A stretch of DNA of 64,000 nt from Myxococcales bacterium (GCA_047601445.1 JASGJH010000001.1:7296001-7360000), one strand, 5' to 3'. Positions 1-11,395 are shown, counted from the first letter of the stretch. The notes: generated from the letters alone by a model not told the origin. Numbers and translations: made by a program.

Positions 1-1886
1 TGTTCGAGGCTGGTGTTCGGGAAGGAGGCCTTGGTGAAGGTGCCGTTGAGGTTGAGGTGGACCCACGGCAGCGGCGAAAGGCTCGCATCCGCGGTAGCGC
101 CCACCCGCAGCGTGGCTGGCACGCGCTCGTTGCGCACAGTGGTTTGATCGAACACCAGGTCGTCGCTCAGCGCGGTGCGAAAGCCCGCCATGGACGCCTG
201 CAGGTATGGATTTGCATAGCGTAGTCCGGCCTCGAAGGAGACCACGCGTGTGAATGGAGTGGCCTCGGACTCGGCCAAGCTGCGCACCTGGGGCGAGCGA
301 AAGCCCTCGCCGTAGCTGGCCAGCGCCGCGAGCCCGCGGAACAGGCGGACCTCCAGACTGGCCTTCTTCCCGAAGTGGGTGCCCATGGACGAGCGCGCTG
401 CGCCCGCCGCCTTGTCGGCAAGATCCTCGGCGCCGTAGAAGAGGCCGTCGAAGCGCACGCCACCGTGCAAGGTAACGCGCGAGAACGGATGCAGCGCGGC
501 ATCGAAGTAGCCCGCCACGTCGCTGGCGCGCACGCGGGCATGAACGAGCTCGGCGGTGACCGATTGGTCGGCCGTGGCGAGCCGCCTCTGGGACTGCTCG
601 ATCCAGTCGCTACGCATGGAGACGCCGACCTCGAGCGTGTCGCGCTCCGAGAAGATGCGCTGTCGCAGGCGATAGAAGGCGGTGCCACCCAGCACCATGT
701 CGTCGTTGAGCTGTTGCTGCGAGTCGCCGCTCGGGTCCTCGAGATAGCCCGTGAAGTTCTGACGCAGACGCAGCGTGCGCAGCACGAAGTAAGGCGCCAC
801 CGAGAACTCGGAGTCGTGCCCCTCGCGCTTGACCTCCGCCACGATCTGGGAGCGCGTCGAGGCGCCGCCCTGGTTCGGGTCGTAGGTCGCGAAGCGCGAG
901 CGCGCTCCCGATTGAATGTCTTCGAGGCGCAGCACCCCCGCCGAGTCGAAGTGCCCAGCGTAGGTGGTCAGCAGGACACGCGCTTCGATGTCGTGGTCGA
1001 GCCGCATGCTGCCCTGCGCGATGGCCGAGGCGCGCTGCGCCGCGCGCGAAGGGCCAAAGCCATCCGTGGTGTACACCTCGCCCGCGGCGAACGTCTTCTC
1101 GTTGCTGCCCTTGGGCCGATAGCCGAGGAAATAGCGCTGGGTGCCGAAGGAGCCGTAGCCGGCCTTGGCGCTGATGCCCTCCTCCTCGTAGCCGAGGTCG
1201 AGGCGCACCGTGCCCGCCACGGCGAAGTCGCCCTGGCGCGGGTCGTAGGTGCCCGGCGTGGCTCGCAAGGTCTGCACCACCTCGGGCATCACGAAGTTCA
1301 GATCGGCGTAGCCCTGGCCGTGCACGTTCGACACGTCGTTCACGGGCGCTCCGCCCACCCAGAGCTCGAGATCCTGCCCATGCACGGCGTCGAAGCCGCG
1401 ATAGAAGATCTGGTAAGCCTTGCCTTCGCCGCTGTGCTGCGTGAGGAACAGGCCAGGCACCGTGACCAACATGTCCGCTGCCGTGCGATGGGGCGCGGCG
1501 AGCAAGGTCTCGCGCTTGCGCGTGACGTCGGAGGCCGCGTGGACCTCCGGGCGAGTGGGCAGCGACCTGACGGTGACCTCGAGGGGGGCGATGGGTCGAG
1601 CAGACTCGAGTGAGCCTTCGAGCGTGGGGTTGCTGGTGACGTCCGCGCCAGCGGCTCGGATCTGGCTTGGGGCGCCTGCGTCGTGCTCGGCGGCGAACGG
1701 CGCTGGTGCATCGAGCTGCTCGCCGAGGGCCGGTGCGAACCCAGCGTCTTGGCGTGATTCCTCGAGGCTCGGCGGTGATTCTTCCACCGCAGCGTCCGCG
1801 AGCTCCTGGGCGTGCACACGCTCCCGGGGCGACAGCAGCAGCAACGTGCACCCCAAGCTCGCGCAAACCAAGGTCAGGCCATTCAC
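1..1886 (-). CDS. TonB-dependent receptor, 3' end runs off the window; possibly Ni/Co uptake
   Basis: Not in the ORF track because it has no stop in the window. Manual translation from GTG 1886 (GGAG upstream) gives a signal peptide, the plug motif VPGLFLTQHSGEGKAYQIFYRGFDAVHGQD...GDFAVAG, and barrel-like strands to ...LNLNGTFTKASFPNTSLE at the edge. Confidence 0.88.
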   Translation of the reverse strand, partial: MNGLTLVCASLGCTLLLLSPRERVHAQELADAAVEESPPSLEESRQDAGFAPALGEQLDAPAPFAAEHDAGAPSQIRAAGADVTSNPTLEGSLESARPIAPLEVTVRSLPTRPEVHAASDVTRKRETLLAAPHRTAADMLVTVPGLFLTQHSGEGKAYQIFYRGFDAVHGQDLELWVGGAPVNDVSNVHGQGYADLNFVMPEVVQTLRATPGTYDPRQGDFAVAGTVRLDLGYEEEGISAKAGYGSFGTQRYFLGYRPKGSNEKTFAAGEVYTTDGFGPSRAAQRASAIAQGSMRLDHDIEARVLLTTYAGHFDSAGVLRLEDIQSGARSRFATYDPNQGGASTRSQIVAEVKREGHDSEFSVAPYFVLRTLRLRQNFTGYLEDPSGDSQQQLNDDMVLGGTAFYRLRQRIFSERDTLEVGVSMRSDWIEQSQRRLATADQSVTAELVHARVRASDVAGYFDAALHPFSRVTLHGGVRFDGLFYGAEDLADKAAGAARSSMGTHFGKKASLEVRLFRGLAALASYGEGFRSPQVRSLAESEATPFTRVVSFEAGLRYANPYLQASMAGFRTALSDDLVFDQTTVRNERVPATLRVGATADASLSPLPWVHLNLNGTFTKASFPNTSLE

Positions 1887-1950
1887 GGTGTCTCCGTGCG
1901 ACTCACGAGCGGTCACGAGCGGACCGCGCCGCGGCATTTCGGCGGATGCA

Positions 1951-1978
1951 GTAGCACGATCCTGGAGATTGGTGCTAC
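1951..1978. promoter_or_regulatory. Palindrome GTAGCA-N16-TGCTAC, NikR-like operator geometry
   Basis: Perfect 7-bp arms GTAGCAC/GTGCTAC about 65 bp upstream of the receptor start. Confidence 0.5.
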
Positions 1979-2397
1979 GCGAGCAAGTGACAGCAGGGTG
2001 CCAATCTAGCGCTTCACGCGGCATCGGAGCGACGAATGAGTCGGCGCGAATCCAAGCCGCCCAAGAGGTGCAGCGCTCGAGAAATCGGCTGGACGCACGA
2101 CCTCGATCGCGGTGGGCGTCGACGCGTTGTTCGGTATCGAGTGCACCCTCGTCATCGAACGCGCGGAGCAGGCACAGGTGGGCCCGGGCCTCATGGCGCA
2201 TCGCGCGTGCCGGCCTTCGGCACCATCGCGAGCGAAAATGTCGCATGCGGTCCTACACAGCGGGTCGCGTTCTGGCCCGCGTGCGGGATGCGGTCTGAGC
2301 GCGGGCTAACAACCCGCGCCGTTGTTCCCCCGGTGCTGCAAGTCGAATTGCGTATGATGGACTGGCCGTTCCGAGCCAGGAGCTAGCCTCTCCCTTC

Positions 2398-5300
2398 ATG
2401 CACACGTCCGAGCCGCCGTCCCTGGGGAGCGTTCCCCCGCCAGCCATGAGGCCGGTGCCGCTCGTTCCTTCCCAGGTCATCGCCGATCGCTACGAGGTGC
2501 GCGGCGAGCTGGCGCGCGGCGGGATGGGCATCGTGTATCGCGTCGAGGACCGGCTCACCGGCGAGCAACGAGCGCTCAAGCGCGTGAAGTCGGGTGGCGA
2601 GCGGGACGCGTTTCTGATGGAGGCCCTCGAGCGCGAGTACCAGGTGTTGGCAGGGCTCGCGCACCCGAGGATCATTCGTGTGTTCGACTTCGGACGGGTG
2701 GAGGCGAGCGGGGCGCCTCGAGAGCACGCCCAGGAGGTCGGGCCCTACTACGTGATGGAGCTTCTCGAAGGCGAGGATCTGCGCTCGGCTGCGCCGCTTC
2801 CTTATCGCGAGGCCTGTCTCTATCTGCGTGACGTCGCCACGTCCCTGTCCCTGCTGCACGCCCGTCGCTTGCTGCATCGCGATCTGAGCCCCAACAACGT
2901 GCGAAAGACGCCCGACGGCCACTGCAAGCTGTTCGACTTCGGCGCCCTGCACGCGTTTGGTCACGCCGCGGTGACCGTGGGGACACCCCCTGCCATTCCC
3001 CCCGAGGCCCTGCGCGGAGCGGCGCTCGACCAGCGCGCCGACCTCTATGCGCTCGGCGCGCTCGCCTACTGGATGCTCACCGGGGAGCACGCCTATCCGG
3101 CCGAGCGACTCGATGATCTGCCCAGCGAGTGGGAGCGCACCATCGCGCCGCCGTCCTCAAAAGCGGACGACGTGCCCAGGGAGCTGGACGCTCTCGTGTT
3201 GGCCCTACTGAGCCACGACGCCCTGGCCCGTCCCGCGAGCGCAGGCGAGGTCATTGCGCGGCTCAATCGCATCGCAGAGCTCCCGTCGGTCGAAGCCGAG
3301 GAGGCAGAGAGTCTCGCCCAGAGCTTTCTCCGCAATCCGCCCTTCGTGGGGCGCGAAGAGGAACTCGAGAGCATCGCGCGCGCCGTGCAGGGCGCGCTCG
3401 CCGGCCACGGGCAAGCGCTGCGCATCGAGGCCCCCTCGGGGGCCGGCCGTACTCGTCTGCTCGAGGAAGCGGGGATGCGCGCGCGACTCGCCGGTATCAA
3501 CGTGCTTCGCGTCGACGCGAGCACGGCGCCCGAGCCCTACGGCGTCGTGCGGGCGGTGCTGCTGCGCTCGTTCGAGGCGCGCCCGGCGGCGATGAGTCAG
3601 CTGAGTGAGCAGCATCGTCGTGCGCTGAGCGTCCTCGGATCGGAACTCCAGGTGCGCCTGCCGCCGGGTGCGCGGCTGGGCAAGTCGGAGCGGGCGCCCG
3701 CCGCCGAGGAGCCGAGAAGCTCCAACCCGACGCACTCGCTCGAGAGCATGTTGGTCGAGCTGAGTCGCGAGTGGCCCTTCCTGTTGGCGATCGACAACGT
3801 GGAGGACGCGGACGGCGCGAGCCTCGCCGTGTTGACCGCCCTGGCCAAGCGAGCGAGTCAGTCCTCCCTCTGTTTGATCACCTGCGAAGGCATGCGTCGG
3901 CGCGCCCAGCACACCGTGGGCCTGGCCGCGCTGCAAGCTCAATCCGTGAATTTGCGTCTGAGTGGCTTGACCACGCTGGAGACGCTCGCTCTCGCGCGTT
4001 CCTTGTTCGGGGACGCGGCCAACGTGGAGCGTTTCGCCGAATGGCTGCACGACAGCACCGCCGGCAGCCCCTTGCATTGCCTCGAGACCACACGCCAGCT
4101 CCTGATGCGGGGAGTCGTGCGTCACTTGGACGGCCTCTGGGTCCTCCCGGTGGATCGCCCCAATGCCGAGCTCTCGGCCGACCTCGAAGAGGCTCTGTCG
4201 GTTCGACTCGCGGGCCTGAGTCAGGAAGCGCGTAGCTTGGCCGAGTGTCTCGCGCTGCAGCGGCAGGCGCCCTCGTTCGGTCTGTGCATGCTGCTCTGTG
4301 CGCCCGCCTCCGATGCGCAGGTGCGCGATTTTTTGCAGGAGCTCGCGCGGCTCGACGTGCTGCACGCCGACTACGGTAGCTATCGCTTCAGCAGCCTGGC
4401 GATTCGCGAAGCGCTGCTGGCGCACATCGAACAGGAACGCTTGGCACAGCATCATCGCAAGCTCGGCGAAGCCTTCCTCCAACTCGCGCCCGGTAAAGGC
4501 ACCGCAGCCGAGGGGTCCGCGCGCGAGCAGTACGACGAGGGAATCGTGCGCATGGAGGCTGGCCTTCACCTGATCGAGGGCGGTGATGACCTGCGTGGCG
4601 CGGACCTGATCGCGGACGTGATCTCCGATAGCTTCAACGTGCGCACCCTGTTCGCCAACCTGTATCGCGCGGGGCGCCCCTCCGAGGCCGCTTTGCGGGT
4701 CTACAAGTACCACCGACGCTCGCCCTACGAGCGCATGCCGCTGCTCGCCTCGCTTTGCCATGCCAGCTACTACGAAGATCGTCGTTGGGGCGAACGCTAC
4801 GGCGACGAGGCCCTGGACGTATTGGAGGGCGTCTCGGGTTTGCAGACTGCGCGTCGCTTGCAGCCTGTGTTCGGCAAGCACTTGGGGTTGGTGCTAGCCC
4901 TGGCCATCGCCTGGTTGCGCTTCTTGCTCACGCCCAAGAGCGAGCTTCGCTATGGCTTTCGCGAGGTCATGGTGCAGCTCTCGTCCAGTGTGACCTCCCT
5001 CGCCGGCACCGCGGCCATCTCTCTGGACGCTGCACGCGCGGAGCGCATCGCCAATGTGCTCGAGCCGTTCTCCGCGCTCCCAGCGCGAGCGGCACCGCGC
5101 GGCATCTACGAGTTCTGCCAGGGCCTCGCGCTGATCGGGCGCGAGCACCCAGGCGCCGCGGTGGCCAAGTTGGAGCAAAGCTTGGCGCGCTTTCAAACCT
5201 CCAGCTACTACCGCTCGCTACCCGTCGACGGACGTCTCTTGATGACCGCAGCCGTTCACTTCGCCAGTGGAAGCCTGTCGACCTTTCGGGCCGACAGCAG

Positions 5301-6222
5301 AGGGGTGCTCGAGAGCGCTCGCGCGCTGGAGGCTTCGGGGTACAAGTTGTACGCCCTGGTGGCGAGCCAGCTTCGCTTCCTCTATCACATGAATCGTGGC
5401 GAGTTCACGGACGCAGCCATCCACAGCGAGCAGGTGGAGTTGCACGCGGCTTTGGTCGGGAGTGCCTGGCAGGTGGAGGTTTGGGAGTCCGCTGCGCTGG
5501 CGATGTTGTTCTCGCAGGTGGGCGACGTGATCGGGCTGACGAGAGTGCAGCAGCGCCTGGCCGTCGCGTGTCAGACCGTGCCCTCGTTGCGACCGTACCT
5601 GCGACTGACCAGCGATACACTGGAAGCGCTGCAGAGCCAGAGGTTCGATGATGATCCACAGTCGAGCAGCTCGCGCGCCAGGCAAGTGCTGCATACCTCG
5701 ATCGCCTGGTCCGCCTACCCGAGTTCGATCGCTCGCGTGCTGAACCACGCGGGGCGCCACCTGGACGCCAAGCTGGCTTGTGAGCAGGTAATGGCGCAAC
5801 TGGGAGCGCAGGACGCCGACTACGTGAGCCTCTTTCTACCGATCTGGATCGAGCACGCTCTCGCACGAGCTGGACTCGGCGAGACGCAGGCTGCGCGAGA
5901 AGAGCTCGAGGCCCTGATCGCGCGCTTCTCGCCCAGCGGGCACCCACTGGCACTGGGCCTCGTACACGAAGCGCTCGCGCGCGTCGCGTTGGCAGTCGGT
6001 GACCGGGAGCTCTTCGAACGTAACCTGCTGACCATGGAACAGGTCTTCCGCCCGACCCAGAATCCAGCGCTGATCGCCCGATGTGAACGCCTTGCCGCCT
6101 CCGCTAGTGCATTCGGTGAGGGCCTCCTGCTGCCTCGACCTGGCGCGCGCATCGACAGCGACACCAGCGGCAAGCGAGGGAGTGACGCGAAGACGGTGCG
6201 CGCACAACGCACCCGCAACTAG
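2398..6222 (+). CDS. Ser/Thr protein kinase with AAA ATPase-like and helical C-terminal regions
   Basis: GGMGIVY, ALK, HRDLSPNN, DFG; FVGREEE plus degenerate Walker A APSGAGRT and IDNVE. Confidence 0.9.
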   Translation: MHTSEPPSLGSVPPPAMRPVPLVPSQVIADRYEVRGELARGGMGIVYRVEDRLTGEQRALKRVKSGGERDAFLMEALEREYQVLAGLAHPRIIRVFDFGRVEASGAPREHAQEVGPYYVMELLEGEDLRSAAPLPYREACLYLRDVATSLSLLHARRLLHRDLSPNNVRKTPDGHCKLFDFGALHAFGHAAVTVGTPPAIPPEALRGAALDQRADLYALGALAYWMLTGEHAYPAERLDDLPSEWERTIAPPSSKADDVPRELDALVLALLSHDALARPASAGEVIARLNRIAELPSVEAEEAESLAQSFLRNPPFVGREEELESIARAVQGALAGHGQALRIEAPSGAGRTRLLEEAGMRARLAGINVLRVDASTAPEPYGVVRAVLLRSFEARPAAMSQLSEQHRRALSVLGSELQVRLPPGARLGKSERAPAAEEPRSSNPTHSLESMLVELSREWPFLLAIDNVEDADGASLAVLTALAKRASQSSLCLITCEGMRRRAQHTVGLAALQAQSVNLRLSGLTTLETLALARSLFGDAANVERFAEWLHDSTAGSPLHCLETTRQLLMRGVVRHLDGLWVLPVDRPNAELSADLEEALSVRLAGLSQEARSLAECLALQRQAPSFGLCMLLCAPASDAQVRDFLQELARLDVLHADYGSYRFSSLAIREALLAHIEQERLAQHHRKLGEAFLQLAPGKGTAAEGSAREQYDEGIVRMEAGLHLIEGGDDLRGADLIADVISDSFNVRTLFANLYRAGRPSEAALRVYKYHRRSPYERMPLLASLCHASYYEDRRWGERYGDEALDVLEGVSGLQTARRLQPVFGKHLGLVLALAIAWLRFLLTPKSELRYGFREVMVQLSSSVTSLAGTAAISLDAARAERIANVLEPFSALPARAAPRGIYEFCQGLALIGREHPGAAVAKLEQSLARFQTSSYYRSLPVDGRLLMTAAVHFASGSLSTFRADSRGVLESARALEASGYKLYALVASQLRFLYHMNRGEFTDAAIHSEQVELHAALVGSAWQVEVWESAALAMLFSQVGDVIGLTRVQQRLAVACQTVPSLRPYLRLTSDTLEALQSQRFDDDPQSSSSRARQVLHTSIAWSAYPSSIARVLNHAGRHLDAKLACEQVMAQLGAQDADYVSLFLPIWIEHALARAGLGETQAAREELEALIARFSPSGHPLALGLVHEALARVALAVGDRELFERNLLTMEQVFRPTQNPALIARCERLAASASAFGEGLLLPRPGARIDSDTSGKRGSDAKTVRAQRTRN

Positions 6223-6277
6223 TGATCCTGATGTAGCGGCGCCACCTCTCGTGAAGGTGTTCGACACCGCCCGAGGC

Positions 6278-6395
6278 TCACGGATCGATGAGTTTCGTGA
6301 GCATGACGACGATTCGTCCGAGCAAGTCGACGCCGCGCTCGCACAACTCGCTCTCGACCAGCTCGTCGACCTCCATCACGTCGAGGTATCGGTCG
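6278..6395 (-). pseudogene. C-terminal remnant of a four-helix-bundle (23S rRNA IVP/Avd-like) protein
   Basis: Manual translation YLDVMEVDELVESELCERGVDLLGRIVVMLTKLIDP*; in-frame stop about 50 codons upstream and no family N-terminus. Confidence 0.55.
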
Positions 6396-6585
6396 CCACC
6401 CTCGCAGGTTGCCTGCTCGTTTACGGGCGTGGATCACGGCCATGGCATCGTTCCCGCTCACGAGCGCGGCCACGGCCCCGGGCGCGATCCGGTCGACGCC
6501 TACGGCCACGGCAATCGTCGAGGCGTATCGCATCACAGGTTTCGAGCGCCCGTTCTTGAGTAGCAGGCGGATAACACTGGCTCGG

Positions 6586-7623
<1,038 letters not shown>

Positions 7624-8022
7624 GCCGGAGCGCCGAGCATATCAACTTCTGTCACGAATCGAGCTGTTTTTGCCGGCTCGCTATGACACCGTGTTGCACG
7701 CGCGCGTCCCGAATTGCCGTCTTGGAACGGTGCGGCGCGCACACGGCGAGCGCCAAATCTAGGTAGTTGCTCGCGTGTGCAGCACCGGGCCGCGCTCGCG
7801 TCGTGGCTGGAAATGCGCGCGGTCGCGATCGCGCAAAGCGGGTAGAGCCGCGTCAAAGTGACACGTTTCGAGGTTCGAGGGCCCTCGAGTGGGGATTGAG
7901 TACGCGTAAACGCGGGCTCTTGCTCCTGCAAGCACCGTCACAAGGACACTTCGCGTCCTCACTGCGCACGACGCGCGATCGCGACTCGAGCGTTTGAAGG
8001 CGAATCGTCGCGATGCACGGGC

Positions 8023-8039
8023 TTGGCCCTCTGCTTGCA
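8023..8039 (+). promoter_or_regulatory. Sigma54 (-24/-12) promoter
   Basis: TTGGCCCTCTGCTTGCA has GG-N10-GC spacing with TGGC and TTGCA; it lies 80 bp upstream of the Roadblock gene and divergent from the bEBP. Confidence 0.65.
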
Positions 8040-8118
8040 CATGGAGAGCTCGAGGACCACCCAGCGCGTATCGAGGGAGGTCATGGCTCGACAACGGTTG
8101 AACACGGAGGGATACAGC

Positions 8119-8484
8119 GTGGCAAACATCAAGGAATCGCTCGTTCGAATGATGCAGTTGGATGGTGCTGTCGGCTGCTGCATCGTGGACAGCAACAGCG
8201 GCATGATGCTCGGCTCCCACGGCGGCGCCGGTTCCATCAACCTGGAGGTTGCCGCCGCCGGAAACACCGAAGTGGTGCGCGCCAAGCGCAAGACGATGAA
8301 GTCCCTGGGCATCAAGGACCAAATCGAGGACATCCTCATCACGCTTCAACAGCAGTACCACCTGATTCGCCCGCTCACGAGCAACGACGCACTCTTCATC
8401 TACCTGGTGCTGGACAAGTCCAAGGGCAACCTGGCCATGGCGCGTCACCAGCTCACGGGGATCGAGCGCGACCTTACTGTGTGA
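8119..8484 (+). CDS. Roadblock/LC7-like protein
   Basis: GTG start after GGAGG; DGAVGCCIVDSNSGMMLG...AAAGNTEVVRAK...IEDILITL..QYHLIRPL...GNLAMAR. Confidence 0.85.
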   Translation: MANIKESLVRMMQLDGAVGCCIVDSNSGMMLGSHGGAGSINLEVAAAGNTEVVRAKRKTMKSLGIKDQIEDILITLQQQYHLIRPLTSNDALFIYLVLDKSKGNLAMARHQLTGIERDLTV

Positions 8485-9397
8485 CGCTGGCGCGTAGCTG
8501 ATAGCGATCGATGGCTTTGCCGCCCACTCCGTCCGCATCGAAGTCGAGGGTGCGTACGGGGAAGGGCAGGCGGAAGCCCTCGCGGTCGTACGCCTTCTTG
8601 ATCGCGATCATCGCCTCGGAGCGTGCTCGCAGGTACGAGACCTGCGATGCATCGAGGAGCCAGATGCGCACCTCGTAGTCGATCCAGCTGTCGGCGAAGG
8701 AGCTAAAGAAGAGCTCGACTTCCTTGGATGGATCGCGCCCCGGGCAATCGGCGACCGCAGCGAGCACGGCCTTGCGCACCTTCTCCATGTCGTCGCTGTA
8801 GGTCATGCAGACCGTGAGATCCATGCGACGCCGGTTGGTGTGCGTGTAGCTGATGATGGGATTCTGCAGGACATCCTTGTTCGGAATGATGATGGTCAAG
8901 CCGTCGAGGGTCTCGACCTCCGTGCAGCGCAGCAAGATCCTCCCGACTTTGCACTGACGACCCGCGATCTCGACGAGGTCGCCCGCGTCGAAGGGGCGAT
9001 ACAGGGCCATGATGACGCCGCAGGTGAAGTTCGCGACGATGTCCTGGAAAGCAAAGCCGAGGGCCAAGCCCACCACGCCCACGCCGGCCAAGACCGAGGT
9101 GACCGTCTTGTCCAGGTGCAAGAGAGCTAGCGCCCACAGACCCGACAGCGTGATGGTCGCCAAGCGCGCCACCGAGCCGCTCAGTCGGCTCAACGCGTCG
9201 TTCCCCGTGATGCGACGCAAGAGCTTCTGCAGGCCGCGCTCGACCCAGCGTCCGAGCAGCGCGCCGAGCGTGAGCACCAGCGCCGCGAGCAGCAGGTTCG
9301 GTAGCATGACCACGAAGTCCTCGAGCCAACCCTGCAGTTTGGCGAAGAGTTTCTCGGGCAAGCTGAGCGTGTTGGCGGCGGTCCAGTCTTCGGGCAC
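8474..9397 (-). CDS. mscS: Small-conductance mechanosensitive channel
   Basis: Three TM helices, GLALGFAFQDIVANF, RPFDAGD, IIIPN and a cytoplasmic domain. Confidence 0.9.
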   Translation of the reverse strand: MPEDWTAANTLSLPEKLFAKLQGWLEDFVVMLPNLLLAALVLTLGALLGRWVERGLQKLLRRITGNDALSRLSGSVARLATITLSGLWALALLHLDKTVTSVLAGVGVVGLALGFAFQDIVANFTCGVIMALYRPFDAGDLVEIAGRQCKVGRILLRCTEVETLDGLTIIIPNKDVLQNPIISYTHTNRRRMDLTVCMTYSDDMEKVRKAVLAAVADCPGRDPSKEVELFFSSFADSWIDYEVRIWLLDASQVSYLRARSEAMIAIKKAYDREGFRLPFPVRTLDFDADGVGGKAIDRYQLRASVTQ

Positions 9398-9459
9398 GTC
9401 CAGCGAATATCAACAACCGGCCCCCGTTGTCGAAGAACCGACGTCCCCGGGCCCGTACA

Positions 9460-9479
9460 CGTGCCCGCGCCCGTGCCCG
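9460..9479 (+). repeat. Dispersed GTGCCC-type repeat, copy 1
   Basis: CGTGCCCGCGCCCGTGCCCG is identical to 55665-55684. Confidence 0.6.
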
Positions 9480-9536
9480 CCTCTCCCAGCCAAAGATCGT
9501 GCAGCAGCGCGGGCACGCGTGCGACACAGAGGGCTT

Positions 9537-10023
9537 TCAACGCCCCCTGTAGGCCTTCTCGAGCTGCGCGACGTCGAGCTTCGTCATCGTCATCATGGCC
9601 TGGAAGACACGCGGGGTACGCTCGGGATCGCCCTCGCGCATGATCTCCCCGAAGCGGGCAGGGATGATCTGCCAGGACAGGCCGTAGGGATCCTTGAGCC
9701 AGCCGCACCGGCTCTCCTGGCCGCCGTTGGCGGTCAGCTTGTTCCACAGCATGTCTACCTCGTCCTGATTCTCGGCGCTGACCATCAAGGAGATGGCTTC
9801 CGTGAAGGGCCGGCCGGGCCCCCCGTTGAGCGCCATGAAATGCTGTCCAGCGAGCAGGAAGTCCACGGTCATCACCGAGCCCTTGGGGCCTGGGCCCGCC
9901 TCGCCGTAGCGCGCGGAGGTGAGGATTCTTGGAGCCCTTGAACAGGGAGACGTAGAGGTTGACGGCCTCCTCGGCCTGGTGGTCGTACCAAAGAAACGGA
10001 GTGATCTTCTGGATGGTGGCCAT
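9537..10023 (-). pseudogene. VOC/PhnB-like (3-demethylubiquinone-9 3-methyltransferase family) protein with a +1 frameshift near 9926
   Basis: MATIQKITPFLWYDHQAEEAVNLYVSLFKGSK in one frame; ILTSARYGEAGPG...LNGGP...CGWLKDPYGLSWQI in the next. Could be a sequencing error. Confidence 0.85.
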
Positions 10024-10120
10024 GGTGTCCTCATTCGTGGGGCAGCTTCTCGCTGCGTTCACGGAGACATCGGAGCCGAAGACGCCCGCTCGACATGGGA
10101 CCCGAAAAAAAATCATGTTC

Positions 10121-10153
<33 letters not shown>

Positions 10154-10297
10154 ACACGACAGAAAACCGAGGTCGCATGGCTTCCCCGTCAGCAAACCGA
10201 TGGGTCCCGGCGCGCCGTGAGCGCAGCGAACCTCGCGGTGGGGTGGGTCTCGGCGCGGCTTTGCCGCGACGGGCGGGGAGGTCGCGTGACCTCCCCG

Positions 10298-11395
10298 TCA
10301 GCAGAGACTGTCCATGATGTCCACCAATTCACGGTGGTTTTCTCGCTCGCGCATGCTGTGCCCGGCCGCTGTCAGGCGGTAGTCCGGGGGGCGAACTCCG
10401 GCTCGCCCGAGCGCCCGTACCAGCTCCTCGGCCTGGAACATGGGACACACGAGGTCGTAGCGGCCATGAACGATGTGAATGGCGATGTCTTTGAGCCTGG
10501 CCACGTTGCCGAGGAGATAGTCCTGGTCGCGGTTCGCCTCCCCGCTGCCGCCCAGGAACGCCCCGTTCATAAAGTAGTGGTTCTCGATGCGGGCGAAGGT
10601 TTTGGCGAACTCAGGCTCCGCGAAGCGCCCGACGTCCGAGAGGTCCTGGGCCAGGTAGCTGGTGCTGCCTTCCCACACCGACCAGGCGATGGCGGCCCGC
10701 GTCTGCAGCTCGCGCTCGGCAGGTGAGCTCGGGGTCATGGCGAAGATCTTGGCGTAGGCCTTCACCATGTCGTGGCGCTCATCCGGCGCGATGACCTCGA
10801 CGAACGGGCGCCAGGCTTCCGGGTAGCACTGGTAGGTTCCGGGCAGCTCGGTGTCGTAGGGATCGTCGGCGAAGCGCGCGGCGTTGCCCTGATAGAAGTA
10901 GTCGAGGTCCTTGCGCCGGCACAGGAAGATGCCGCGCAAGATCAGGGTCTGTACGGTCTCCGGGTGGGCGATGGCGAAGGCCAGCGAGAGCGTGCTGCCC
11001 CAGCTGCCGCCGAACACGTGCATCTTGCCGGTGATGCCGAGCTTCTCGCGCAGGGCGAGCATGTCCGCGATCAGATGGTCGGTGGTGTTGTCCTGCAACG
11101 CGAGCTCGGGGTGGGCCGCGGCGCTGGGACGGCTGCGGCCGCAGCCGCGCTGGTCGAACAGCACCACCCGATAGCGCCGGGCGTCGAAGAAGCGCGCCAA
11201 GGAGGGCTCGGTGCCACCCCCCGGGCCGCCGTGCACCAGCATCACGGGCTCGCCATCCGGGCGGCCGTACTCCTCCCAGTAGATCTCGTGCCTGACCGGT
11301 GCGCCGGGCGACACATCGAGGTGGCCCGAGCGGAGGAGGGGGGGCATCGGATGACGCCATTCGTCGGCGTTCAGCTTGCTTCGATAACTCGTCAT
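10298..11395 (-). CDS. pip: Prolyl aminopeptidase (proline iminopeptidase)
   Basis: HGGPGGG, FDQRGCGRS, GGSWGSTL, LRGIFL, ARIENHYF, HGRYD, AGHS. Confidence 0.93.
   Translation of the reverse strand: MTSYRSKLNADEWRHPMPPLLRSGHLDVSPGAPVRHEIYWEEYGRPDGEPVMLVHGGPGGGTEPSLARFFDARRYRVVLFDQRGCGRSRPSAAAHPELALQDNTTDHLIADMLALREKLGITGKMHVFGGSWGSTLSLAFAIAHPETVQTLILRGIFLCRRKDLDYFYQGNAARFADDPYDTELPGTYQCYPEAWRPFVEVIAPDERHDMVKAYAKIFAMTPSSPAERELQTRAAIAWSVWEGSTSYLAQDLSDVGRFAEPEFAKTFARIENHYFMNGAFLGGSGEANRDQDYLLGNVARLKDIAIHIVHGRYDLVCPMFQAEELVRALGRAGVRPPDYRLTAAGHSMRERENHRELVDIMDSLC

Noticed and set aside
375..1613. Long + strand ORF, and similar long overlapping ORFs such as 3205-4881, 27349-28782 and 55749-57218
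   Set aside because: Antisense or alternate-frame shadows of recognisable genes, expected in high-GC DNA
2337..2352. TGCAA-N6-TTGCG as a Zur/Fur-type box
   Set aside because: Short, imperfect and far from the receptor start; could be chance
6278..6395. Diversity-generating retroelement suggested by the Avd-like remnant
   Set aside because: No reverse transcriptase and no template/variable repeat pair seen in the window
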